A stretch of 37,100 nucleotides of DNA, taken from contig NC_069003.1 in the NCBI RefSeq assembly GCF_001194135.2, positions 13,769,233-13,806,332 of the forward strand. Reading direction: 5' to 3'. A program made the position numbers and the translations under genes. Source of the DNA: Octopus bimaculoides (Eukaryota). The notes beneath the pieces were generated by a model that made no database searches, was not told the DNA's origin, and saw nothing but the letters and a program-made list of their open reading frames with translations. Numbering within the stretch: the stretch's first letter is position 1; every line of letters starts with the position of its first letter. This document shows positions 1 through 12,209 of this stretch, piece after piece.

Positions 1-361
1 GAGTCAGACAGGGAAGAGATAGCAGTAGAGTGCGCATTGTAATTATTAAGATAAAACTTACATGGAAAAGGATGCGTAGCGTTCGATCATATAATAATAT
101 AAATAATATATAAATATATGCATAAATCCATACATATATGTACATACCTACATCTATATGTATACATACATGCATACATGGGTACAGGACATCAAGAAAA
201 ACGTTAAACACAATGAGAAACGAAAATATAAAAACGAAAATAGAAAACGAACTTTTTTCGAGAAGAAAATGGATGTAATAACAAGGGGAAACTCGTGGTT
301 ATCGCTGGTATGCCTTTAATTTAATTAGATAACAAAGAAGAAGGAAGCAAAGATGAAGGTA

Positions 362-412
362 GCATTTACGATCGTTTCGATTTACTGGTTTAAGTAAATC
401 TCATCAGAATGC
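362..412 (-). ncRNA. Type I hammerhead ribozyme, canonical core
   Basis: Minus strand reads GCATT-CTGATGA-GATTTACT(TAAACC)AGTAAATC-GAAAC-GATC-GTA-AATGC. This gives 5-bp stem I, intact CUGAUGA and GAAA boxes, perfect 8-bp stem II, short stem III with a palindromic GATC loop, and a GUA cleavage triplet. Confidence 0.88.
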
Positions 413-504
413 GAAGATAGATAAATGCATCGGTTAGGATGCGAAAATAATTGATACATATGTGATGGTAATAGAAGCAAAGGTAGTAAATCTTACATTA
501 AATT

Positions 505-1887
505 TTGTTCTTGCGTTGGTACGCTTCAAGTAACCACCCCAACTTTATTAAGAGAAGCTTAGTACATAGCATTAACAATAGAATATCACGTGTCTCTTCC
601 AACATAAATATCTTTAACAGACATAAAGAAACCTATAACTCCACACTACGGAAAGCAGGATTTAAGCAAAAAATCAAATACATTAACCCTAACCACCATA
701 TAAGTAGCCCAAATAACAGGAACCCACTCACTAATACCACTATCATCAACCACACACCATGCACCACCACAAACTACACCAACAATAAGAAAACTACGAG
801 TTACCCCAATAGAAACAACATCAATATCAACAACGCCAAGGCCCATACACAAACCACTAACAAAAATAATCGCAACACTAATACCGACAAAGTGATATTA
901 AATAAGATTAACAATATTAACAAAACCAATACCACAAAGTACGCAAAATAACATCAGCTGCAAAAATAATAGTATAAACCTATACAGGGGTATCAATAAA
1001 ACTAAGGACACCTAACGAACTAATATGAAGCCAGTTAATAGCAAAAACACTAGGCCCTCGAACCCACATGAACCCTACGATAATAACACCAAAAGGACAG
1101 ACAAGAGTAACACGAAAGTGAAACCTAACTATGGATATAACCAAGATACATACACCCACAACTTCACGCGAATCACAAACAAGGAGGTAGCTTCTATACT
1201 AGAAAAAAACAACACAAAAAATAAACAAAATAGTGACAATACCTGGCTCGTAATCCCCTACATCATGCACCTCAAATCAAACATAGTTCGCTCATTAATG
1301 AAAATCATAGATAAACACCTAAACGTTAATAATAAATACGCAGAATTATTTAGGAATAAAATCAGAATAGGCCATAGTCTGACTAATAACTTAGCCATAA
1401 TAATAGCCTCAATAAATAACAAAAAAAACTAGACAAATTCTATGAAACTAGAAAGATTGTGAACAATAAAAATAAAAACCAACCAACTAATGGAACTAAG
1501 CCCTCCACTAACGCGGAACCTCCTGCTAGCTTAGGTACAGACCTGAATAATTATAGTCCCCCACAATACAACACGAACGAAAATACAACTTATTATTTAT
1601 GCGACTGTAAGGATAGAACAAAGTGCCATTTCTCAAATAGATGCAAGTCAAATAACGTAGTTTACCAATGTGACGTCCGCACAAATAACCAGACGAAATC
1701 ATACATAGGTGCCACCAAGAACCAAATGATTCTTAGATATAATGCACACCAATCGAGCTTCAGAAATAGGAATAAGGCCAACACAACAGGGCTAAGTACA
1801 TACATTTGGGAACTTAAGGATAAAAAAATAGATTATAGTTTAAACTGGCGTATACTCACAAAAACAACCTCCTACAACACCACAGAC
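505..1887 (+). mobile_element. Penelope-like retroelement 3' fragment (RT thumb, linker, GIY-YIG endonuclease), decayed
   Basis: Thumb-like SSNHPNFIKRSLVHSINNRISRVSS..F....YN..LRKAGF; linker WLVIPY..LKSNIVRSLMKIIDKHL; CDC-x5-C then NVVY..DV......SYIGAT......RYNAHQSSF....TTGLSTYIWELK. Interrupted by stops and cut off by a (TA)n tract. Motifs resemble the Hydra-like PLE subgroup (clade from memory, needs a tree). Confidence 0.85.
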
Positions 1888-1920
1888 ATATATGTATATA
1901 TATACATATATATATATATA

Positions 1921-2095
1921 CTAGAAAAAACAACACAAAAAATAAAAAAAATAGAGATAATACCTGGCTCGTAATCCCCTTGCACCTCAAATCAAACATA
2001 GTTCGCTCATTAATGAAAATCATAGATAAACACCTAAACGTTAATAATAAATACGCAGAATTATTTAGGAATAAAATCAGAATAGGCCATAGTCT
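1921..2095 (+). repeat. Near-identical direct copy of 1199-1380 (PLE linker region)
   Basis: The sequence from CTAGAAAAAA to GGCCATAGTCT occurs at 1199-1380 and 1921-2095, with a few substitutions and a small deletion. Confidence 0.9.
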
Positions 2096-2112
2096 CCTTG
2101 TTTTCTCCGTAT

Positions 2113-2149
2113 TCTTTCTGTTGAAGAGCGTAGCTCGAAACGTTAAAGA
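2113..2149 (+). ncRNA. Minimal type I hammerhead-like motif (CUGUUGA variant)
   Basis: TCTTT-CTGTTGA-A-GAGC(GTA)GCTC-GAAAC-GTT-AAAGA: stem I TCTTT/AAAGA, 4-bp stem II, GAAAC, loopless ACGT stem III. Core position A6 is U. Confidence 0.6.
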
Positions 2150-2715
2150 CTTTCTGTATTCCCGAGCGTCAAACTAATACATCCTTTTGTCATTTACACC
2201 ACCTGTCCTCGTATATATGTATATACATATATATGTATGTATATATATATATATATATATGAAGCGTTCTAGAAAGTAAAATCTCAGCTATTTGATTGGA
2301 CGCTTTTCACAAAATATCTCGTCTTTCTTAGAAGACCCTTCTAGAACTATCCCCATGACGCAAGTGATCTTGCTCCCTCACTTTCTTTCTCTGTCTCTGT
2401 ATGTCTCCCTATCTTTCTCTTTCTCACACACACACACATTTACACACACACATGTACACATTCATTTTGAGATACACATACACGACATTATAAATATTTC
2501 TCTTTTCAGGTATAATGTTGTGTTGATGCTGTTGTTGCTGCTATTTTGCCCCCAGGTCACGCTTAATGATCCGATGTATCATTAGAGGCGTTCCAGCTGT
2601 GGCCATCGCTGTTTCTTTCGAATATACATTTGTTGATGTTTTCATGCAAAGAAAGGTATAACATCTAATTATTTTCAGATTTATCTCATCGATGAGTTTG
2701 GTCACCCGACTTTAA

Positions 2716-3190
2716 TTGCGCGAAGCCTTTAGATATGAAGAAATATTCCTGTCTGCCGACACAAATCTTAAGCTTTGTGTTGGTAAACAGGAATTAAAAC
2801 TATCTTTTTCTCGAGCAGCAATACAAGCCGTGCTCTTATATGGCTGCACTACATGGACTAAGACTCTGGAAAGAAAACTAGATGGAACATACACATTACT
2901 TCTGAGATTATCGCTTAACATCAAATGGCAGTTCCCATACAATCTTCAAAGTGTCACCTCCACCATAAAGAAAAGAAGACTGAAATTCTGTGGGGACTAC
3001 TTTCGTAACAAGGATAAAGTAATGAGTCACATACTGATGTGGGAACCAACACAAGAACAGCTTAGGGGTCATCCTGTCAGGACCTTTATTGACCAACTGG
3101 TTAAAGACTCTGGCCTATTGAAAAATGATCTATTAAGAGCAATGTAGGAGAGGGAATTCTGGAGACAAGTGTTCGTCTGCGAGGAACGCA
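2716..3190 (+). mobile_element. RTE-type LINE 3' fragment (post-RT C-terminal region)
   Basis: AVLLYGCTTWT....KLDGTYTLLLRLSLNIKW....IKKRRLKFCG......LMWEP...RGHP..TFIDQL.KD, followed by a ..WR.. ending typical of RTE-clade ORFs. Confidence 0.75.
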
Positions 3191-3369
3191 GGGTAACAAA
3201 CGCCAAATTATATGGAGGTAACTCTTGGAAGATTACCATAAAAAAACATAGTTTGTTGTATGGGACTGCCATTTGACATGAAGTGCTGATTCTTTTTAAG
3301 ATTAGCGAAGCTTAGTCAATACTATCGAGCGCTCTCTGATATAAGTACCCTTGTCACGATGAATCTTTA

Positions 3370-4510
3370 TCGTATGAACTACTCTGCCAAAATACATTCC
3401 TATGCCACCGACCATGAGCATACCTGAGGATGCTCATGGAAAAACAGAAGTTTTTGTTAAACGTGTACAAGAGAATTACTTATAACAGTCACTGAGCATT
3501 TCGATATTAAATCATGGAAATTTCCGCTACGTATCAAAGACCTTGTCCCTTTTGAGACAAATTTGTTGACTCTTATTTCCACGATTAAGTTTTGTAAGTA
3601 ACCTTACTAAAACCAGTTCTAATATAAACTAGCTAGAGACACACGACTATTTAAAATACTCTAATAATAAGTTTATATTTTCAGACAAGACTTACAGTTT
3701 AAAGGAAATAGATAAGGATATGCATAATAGATTGTTATTTAATAGCATTACAGATAAAAACAAGAAATCTGATATAAATAGTTACAACTCTATTAACATG
3801 GAGGCAAATGAGTTTGATATAGGTAAAAGAACTGAATGTCGAACCAAGGAGGGTGGCATTCATTTCACTGAAGGATCATAAACCTGGCTTTCATAATATA
3901 TCAAAGTGGAGACAAAGTAAACCGGCTAAGATTGAACTAGATTTAGTAAGAAAGACAATTTTAAGAAACATTAATAATAAAATTAAGTAATCGTCAAATC
4001 TGTTGCTATGGGACCAACAGCTTCTGGGTGAGATCTCAATAAAAATAAAGCAGAATTCATACAGTTTGATATCGAGGTTTTCTACCCGTCGATATCTGAA
4101 TCACTGTTGCATTGGAGTTTGCACGTTCGTTTGTAATCATCGATGAGAATGAAATAAAGCTCATTATGCGCGCACGTAAGACACTGTTATTGAGTGGCAG
4201 ATCTGTCTGGACCAAAATGATAGCCAAGAGATTTCTTCTCTATGCCCGCATTTAAAAAAAAATACATCTTAGCAGAATTTAAAGATAGACCACCGGACAC
4301 ATTTTAAACCTTACCCATCTGGTTTACATATTTTTGACATACGTAATGTTTGTTGTAACTTTAGTTATCTCCCCTGTGTTTTTCTATTTGTTTCTGTCTT
4401 CTTCATTACTAGCGTTCCCATTCAAACGTCATCTGCTTTGAACGCAGCTGACAAACGGTCTGGTTCTTATCAGCTTGAAATATGGCAAAATAAATTAATG
4501 TTTTAACTAG
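3370..4510 (+). mobile_element. Internally deleted Penelope-like element (ORF start and RT N-half fused to the endonuclease C-terminus and 3' UTR)
   Basis: Fragmented frames NYS.K.IP, KDLVPFETNLL, FIFSDKT, AFISLKDHKPGF, FIQFDIEVFYPSISESLL and IMRARKTLL. At about 4228 it jumps to EISSLCPH..KYILAEFKDRPPDTF* (stop 4305-4307). Confidence 0.75.
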
Positions 4511-4647
4511 GAAACCTTCGGTAGCTGTATTTCACGAGATTTGTGCTTTTCATTATAACATTTTTACTATCATAGCTGATCGAGTGCTATTCTATTTGTT
4601 GAAGCCTTTCCACACACACGCTACAGACAGACAGACAGACAGACACT

Positions 4648-4779
4648 ACGAGCTCCTTTCAGTTTCTGTTTTTGCAAATCCACTCACGTACTGTACTTGA
4701 GCAAGGTACTACAAAATGCGAACTGAACACAAGGGTCCATATGGCTGGGAGACAAGCTTCTCAACCACTCAGCCACGCT
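4648..4779 (-). mobile_element. tRNA-derived SINE, degenerate (family A)
   Basis: Reverse complement is similar to the copies at 18519-18675 and 23043-23197. Confidence 0.6.
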
Positions 4780-5112
4780 AATGTGGTCTGTGAGTTATTA
4801 TAAGACGAATATAAATCGTAAGCAAGATGGAAGCAGTAAACTGCTTCATCCTTCCAACCCACTCTGGGAATTTTTCATGAGGTACCACATCTGGAAATAA
4901 TAAAAACTGTTGAATATGTTTCTGTAGGTAAATGGCACTGAGTTCAACGCCTTAGTGAAGAATTGTTTGGACAATATACCTGCAGACATCGAATTTGGTT
5001 TTCAAGGAGACATCAGGGGAGTTTCGTAACCTTGTAACCATAAAATAAAAGTTTGTCAATGCAGAACTTGAGAGATTGCAGCTTGTCTCCTTTGGGATTA
5101 GGTCTATGTATT

Positions 5113-5151
<39 letters not shown>

Positions 5152-5171
5152 ATATATATTTTTATATATAT

Positions 5172-5210
<39 letters not shown>

Positions 5211-6140
5211 NNNNNNNNNNNNNNNNNNNNNNNNNNNNNNNNNNNNNNNNNNNNNNNNNNNNNNNNNNNNNNNNNNNNNNNNNNNNNNNNNNNNNNNNNN
5301 NNNNNNNNNNNNNNNNNNNNNNNNNNNNNNNNNNNNNNNNNNNNNNNNNNNNNNNNNNNNNNNNNNNNNNNNNNNNNNNNNNNNNNNNNNNNNNNNNNNN
5401 NNNNNNNNNNNNNNNNNNNNNNNNNNNNNNNNNNNNNNNNNNNNNNNNNNNNNNNNNNNNNNNNNNNNNNNNNNNNNNNNNNNNNNNNNNNNNNNNNNNN
5501 NNNNNNNNNNNNNNNNNNNNNNNNNNNNNNNNNNNNNNNNNNNNNNNNNNNNNNNNNNNNNNNNNNNNNNNNNNNNNNNNNNNNNNNNNNNNNNNNNNNN
5601 NNNNNNNNNNNNNNNNNNNNNNNNNNNNNNNNNNNNNNNNNNNNNNNNNNNNNNNNNNNNNNNNNNNNNNNNNNNNNNNNNNNNNNNNNNNNNNNNNNNN
5701 NNNNNNNNNNNNNNNNNNNNNNNNNNNNNNNNNNNNNNNNNNNNNNNNNNNNNNNNNNNNNNNNNNNNNNNNNNNNNNNNNNNNNNNNNNNNNNNNNNNN
5801 NNNNNNNNNNNNNNNNNNNNNNNNNNNNNNNNNNNNNNNNNNNNNNNNNNNNNNNNNNNNNNNNNNNNNNNNNNNNNNNNNNNNNNNNNNNNNNNNNNNN
5901 NNNNNNNNNNNNNNNNNNNNNNNNNNNNNNNNNNNNNNNNNNNNNNNNNNNNNNNNNNNNNNNNNNNNNNNNNNNNNNNNNNNNNNNNNNNNNNNNNNNN
6001 NNNNNNNNNNNNNNNNNNNNNNNNNNNNNNNNNNNNNNNNNNNNNNNNNNNNNNNNNNNNNNNNNNNNNNNNNNNNNNNNNNNNNNNNNNNNNNNNNNNN
6101 NNNNNNNNNNNNNNNNNNNNNNNNNNNNNNNNNNNNNNNN

Positions 6141-7075
<935 letters not shown>

Positions 7076-7735
7076 CAAGTACAAGAGGAACGAGAGAATC
7101 TCTAACAACGACGAAACTAACAATGACATTTCGACAATGATATCAACAGTAACAAAAATAAAGACAATAACAACAAGAAAATAAAACAAAGCAAAACGCC
7201 CCCACATCACCTTAAATCAATGTTGCGAAATAATGCCCCTCCCGTCAAAAAAGAAAGGAAAAAAGTTTCGACGAATTGATAATATGAAATAGATAAATTA
7301 CATCTACTAGTGGATTGGAAAACAAAAAAAAAAAAAAAAAAAGAAATAAAATATGAACAATGGAAGCTAAAATTAGTAAAAAAGAAGACAAACGAAACGA
7401 GAACCATTCGCCATTTTGTTAGTTAACGTACAAAGCTATGAGTTAATTTCAAGCTGCTGTTGTTTCGCAAAAAGTGCGAAATGATAACAAACAGGAAATA
7501 TAAAAGAAAGAGAAGGAGAATGGAGAAAGGGGACATATTGAGAAAAAATATGAAAGGTCGGGATGGGGTTAGTTATTTAGTAGTCATCGCTAAATAAGCG
7601 TTTAAAGTGGTCTTATGTGTGTATTTCCGTCTGAAAAAATTATTATTAAAACTTGACATATTGAATTGAGGCGTGTTTTATATTTGTCAGTGTTACATGC
7701 CCTTTGTTGCATGTTCTCTCTATTACAATCATTAG

Positions 7736-7849
7736 ACTTCTGCGATATCGGCTTCACCACCCCTGTCGACTGCTGTGGTACAGGAATAGTTGCTTTATTA
7801 CACGTTCATACTGCTGTCCCAGCCCGACCAGCTGTCCGCACCAACCCAG
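7736..7849 (+). CDS. Candidate internal exon, product unknown
   Basis: GC-richer unique island with acceptor tctctattacaatcattag| and donor CCAG|gtaact. It is 114 nt (multiple of 3) and open in two frames, e.g. DFCDIGFTTPVDCCGTGIVALLHVHTAVPARPAVRTNP. No family recognised. Confidence 0.3.
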
Positions 7850-8602
7850 GTAACTGAACTAGGTATACCCGGCCAAACTGAACATGATTACCTTTTTTAT
7901 TAGGCTATTTTTAGGATAATGAATATTTTCGTATCTTTCGATAATGATATATATTCACACACACATTTACATGTATGTAGCGTTCAGTATACACATATTT
8001 TTTCACGTCTGGCCGTATAGCCGTTCTTGTTTATTTTCAGTTTCGTTTTCCTGTCTTGTTTTCTGTCCGCCACTACATTCCTCCACGTTACATTTAAAAC
8101 TAGTTGTTTTCCTCTTTACCAGATCAGCGACTGTGTCGCTTTAAAAGTATGTATACTATGAGTAAGGTCGAGTAGCTGCCATCTCTAACCGACGATTGTC
8201 CTGTACCAAGGAAGAGAAATAACCCAGAAACCATTGGTCTACAGGTACCGCTAAGGTTCGAAAAAGAGCAATAAACTCCCTTGCTCATGGTATGCGGACA
8301 CAGACAATGTGTCGGTAGCCAGCTGGAAAAGTGGTATTCCTGGGGCTAAAAAGTGGTAACGTTGTCCTGTGTATGACTGTCACATTGCGTTGGTAAATAA
8401 AATTTACTATACACACACACACACACACGCACATATGTATCCATACACACACACACATAATCACAGAATCACGGTATTGACCAGACTTTCGGATGTTGTT
8501 ATACATCGCTGGTCACAATGCGCCTCGCATTTGTTTTAGCTTCTGAATGATGCCTCCTCCTCCGCTGGCTAGGCGAGCAGGCCAACATTCCCTCTGATTG
8601 AA

Positions 8603-8933
8603 AGGCTCAACTCAACCTCTTCTCATTTTAAAGCTCTTTTCATTTCACAGCTCAGCTCAACAGCGCTTCTCCTTTTATAGCTCAGCTCAACTTCTCATTT
8701 TCAGCTCAGCTCAATCTCTTCCCATTTTACAGCTCAGCTCAACCTCTTCTCATTTTACAGCTCAGCTGAAACTCTTCTCATTTTACACCTCAGCTCAGTC
8801 TCTGCTAATTTTACAGCTCAGTTCAGCCTCTTTCCATTTTACAGCTCAGCTGAATTTCTTCTCATTTTACAGCTCACATCAATCTCTCCTCATTTTCCCT
8901 CTCAACACAATACCTCCTCATTTTACAACTCTC
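8603..8933 (+). repeat. 28-bp minisatellite, about 11 diverged units
   Basis: Consensus AA(C/T)CTCTTCTCATTTTACAGCTCAGCTC repeated in tandem. Confidence 0.9.
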
Positions 8934-9576
8934 TTTACAACCTTACAACTTCTTACACTTTACAGCTTAGACTACTCTCTTCTAATTTCCATCTTCAGTT
9001 CAATCTCTTCCAATATCAACCCACTCCACTCTGCTAAATTTCTTTTCATTTCTTCCGTCAGCGCAATCTTTTCTCAGTTCCGCCCTCAGATAAAACTTTC
9101 TTCCTTTTTCCTCTCTGCTTGAAGTCTTTTCATCTTTCCTTTCACTTTTCATTTCTAACCTCGTTTAACTGCTATTTGTTTTAAGCTAATAGCGATATAA
9201 ATTCCCTTTAAAATAAATTATTACACAGTAAAACACATCTGTTCATATTTTTCGTTTTACTCCACCCGTTCGTGTATCAACTTTCTTATACATTATTCAT
9301 CGAAATATATTTTCAACCTTTAATTTTCTTAAACCATTCTCTCTTTTATCTCTAACGGCAAACTTTCTTTCCTCACATCTCTTCCGTCGTATTCATATCT
9401 AAATCACAGTAATTTAAATATCCTTGTATTTTAATATCACGTGACTAACACTAAATAAGTACACATATAACTAAACACAAATATAAAAAATCGTTATTTG
9501 CACCGAATTCAGCGAGATCTGAAGCAACGTTTTGCATATTTATGCTTAATAAATTCTTTTAGATTCAAACCCAAAG

Positions 9577-9626
9577 ATGCTGGTCGTTGTTGTGTACATC
9601 ATTGGAGTACAATTTCTTATTACGAG
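9577..9626 (+). CDS. Candidate first coding exon encoding a signal-peptide-like N-terminus
   Basis: Acceptor ttcttttag| before 9563, ATG at 9577, MLVVVVYIIGVQFLIT, donor AG|gtcagt at 9627. The unspliced frame stops five codons later. Confidence 0.4.
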
Positions 9627-10042
9627 GTCAGTGAATTCTTAACACTCTCAGCTTATCGGTACAAAGGATTCTGGGACATCGGTGTTTTGACATGTGTCCC
9701 GTCAGTTACAAGTACCAAGACCTTTAAGCTTAAACAAGTTGGTTATATTTATAATTTTAGCGAACAAAACTGTTTCCTGATCAGTGCTTACAATGATTTT
9801 AATTTTGTTGGCAAAGTACAAAAACAAACAAACAAACAAACAAAAAAAAGAACCCGCTTTCAAAGCCTGTACAGACATAATATTACTTTTATAAAAATCT
9901 TTCCGTCTACAACGTGGATTCATTAACTTATAAATTAATATATGTTTTTCCCCTTTCTATGCTTTTTAAAAGAATTTTTTTATCTTCTATTCCTTAGTTT
10001 CCCAATAACAAAATTTCTTTCGAAACTGATTAAAAATTATTA

Positions 10043-10270
10043 CGAAAGAGGCCCCGTGGTAGGCTCCACACCAGATGGTTGGACATAATTGGGGAAGATT
10101 TCCAATGGCCTAACATTATCTTGGAAGATGCAGAGGGGCTGGCACGGGACCATCAGAGATGGAGAGCACTGGGGGACCTGGCCGGATCTACGCATGATGG
10201 CACCTCTGGGACCACTAACTTGGAATGACCCAGCCGCATCGTGCAAGAGCTTGAAGCCAAGACAAGCCAT
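10043..10270 (+). mobile_element. RTE-type LINE extreme 3' end
   Basis: RKRPRGRLHTRWLDIIGEDF.....EDAEGLARDHQRWRAL...* then a short 3' UTR ending in CAAG-like repeats. Confidence 0.7.
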
Positions 10271-10397
10271 CGATACATTATAGTTATTTCCCTTTCACTC
10301 GAAAACGCCATTTTAAAGCTTATCTATATTTCTTCTAAACTTAAACTCATAAATTAACTTTTTCCAAATCTTGCTCATATTGAATTAAAATTTATAT

Positions 10398-10529
10398 ACG
10401 TTATTTACATTATTTACATTATTTACATTATTTACATTTGACAGATATTTGTCCTCATCTTGTTTGTTGTTAACTGTAAATAATGTAAATAATAAACGTA
10501 ATTCCTCATCTCTTAAATATAGAACTGTA
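10398..10529 (+). mobile_element. Centre-deleted copy of the palindromic element at 16617-16892
   Basis: Shares the left arm TTATTTACATTTGAC.GATATTTGTCCTCATCTTG and the right end AATTCCTCAT.TCTTAAATATAGAACTGTA. Flanked by direct repeat AAATTTATAT (10388-10397 and 10530-10539). Confidence 0.8.
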
Positions 10530-10857
10530 AAATTTATATTATAATTAAAATTTTATCCCTGTTATTTACCATTCTCCCATATAGGGACCACATCTACCAT
10601 ATAAACAATCTTTTAACTCATTATTTCCTTCCCATTTTTATCATCTTGTCTTCCAGCTATATTTAAAAAAAATTTTATTATAAAAAACCCTTAATTTTCT
10701 TCTAATTTATTCGACAATATCTAACCTAGACCGAAACTATCCGCAAAGTGTAACGTTTAATCTTCAAAAATATCTTAACTAAACATCAAATACTTTGTGA
10801 CCCCTATTTTGATAGTGGATTATTTATCACATGAACGAACATTTTCTACTACATATA

Positions 10858-10990
10858 CAGCCTAGCGGTTAAGGTTTTGGGCCGAGAATATTAATATTAC
10901 AGGTTTGATTCCTTGATCAGGCGATGCTCCAGGAATACACTTCATTTCGGGTTATTCTCTTCCAAAACTGACCGACAGAGGAAAGGAAAG
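10858..10990 (+). mobile_element. Degenerate tRNA-derived SINE (family C)
   Basis: A-box-like GCCTAGCGGTTAAGG and B-box-like GGTTTGATTCC, then GCGATGC..ACACTTCATTTC shared with 16529-16940. Confidence 0.5.
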
Positions 10991-11255
10991 CTTTGCTAAT
11001 GGGACCAAATCAAGACCGAAAGATTTGTCAATAGCTCGCCCTCTGCTCTTAAAATGCAGAAAAGATTGACTTTCTCCCTACACAAATCCCATGTTAATTC
11101 ATGTTAATTCAGCCATCAATTTTGAGAGATTGTCTCCCCTTCTCATGAAAAATTCTTGATAATTGCCGCCAGGTTATTATTTTTCTTTTCTACATCTGAA
11201 AGAAGTTTGAATAAAGTAAGAATTTATCGTGTACTGCTTTCAGTACATCCGACCA

Positions 11256-11346
<91 letters not shown>

Positions 11347-12209
11347 GGAAGCGGAAATTTCTCTTCTCCAATCGCGAAAAATACGACACGAAGAGAAAGT
11401 TAAATCAATTGATGCAATTATGTTTGCTGAACTCGCCGAACGAAGTGATAATCAGTCATGAAAAATTACAACAACTATGGAAAGACGATACAAAGCGGGA
11501 AGAAAAATCCATAAAGATGTGAGAAAAACAAGAGTGGTCCACTAATCATGAAAACAATCTGCGGAGAAAAATCCATTATGAAAACGAAACCACTACAAAA
11601 AAACCGCAAGGAAATCAAAATCAAACATAGACACCGGCCCCAGAGGAACCAGACTAAGGTATCGAACCTTTAGCTATCCAAGAACATATGCGGAGATGAC
11701 CTCCAGCTCACCCCAACTGCAGACTAGAAAGCCATATTCCGTAATATCAAAACGTAACGCTGCAATAAACAAGCGCAAGGAATATAGGAGACAACCATCA
11801 ACCCATAATATCAAACACCCTAGAAGGATGAATACTTGGGGAAAAAGACAGGAAAGACAAGTAACATACTGACAAGGACCAACCTATAATACCAAGTACC
11901 CTAGATGGATGAATACATGGAAAGAAAGACAAGTAAAATACGGACAACTCAGAAACCGTAATATGAATAATCATCATGAACAATCCCATACATCCTGAAT
12001 GGCCCAATAAGCATAGAAGATGGGAAGAAGACAAAAACTATGGGCAACGAAATACATACAAAGAACATGAACCATCCCCTCACCTGCGAGGGAACCAGAA
12101 CCCCAGAAACAACGAAAAATGGAATCAAAATAATACAATTCCATTTTTAGGGAGAAAATACCACAATCGTGCACCAGAGCCGATGCAACAGAATATTTTA
12201 ATGATCTCA

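Noticed and set aside
8985-9000. Minus-strand CTGAAGA-TG-GAAA
   Set aside because: No room for stem II and no supporting stems; chance match.
11345-11358. Tandem ETS-like sites CCGGAAGCGGAAAT
   Set aside because: Short motif with no independent evidence of a promoter or transcript.
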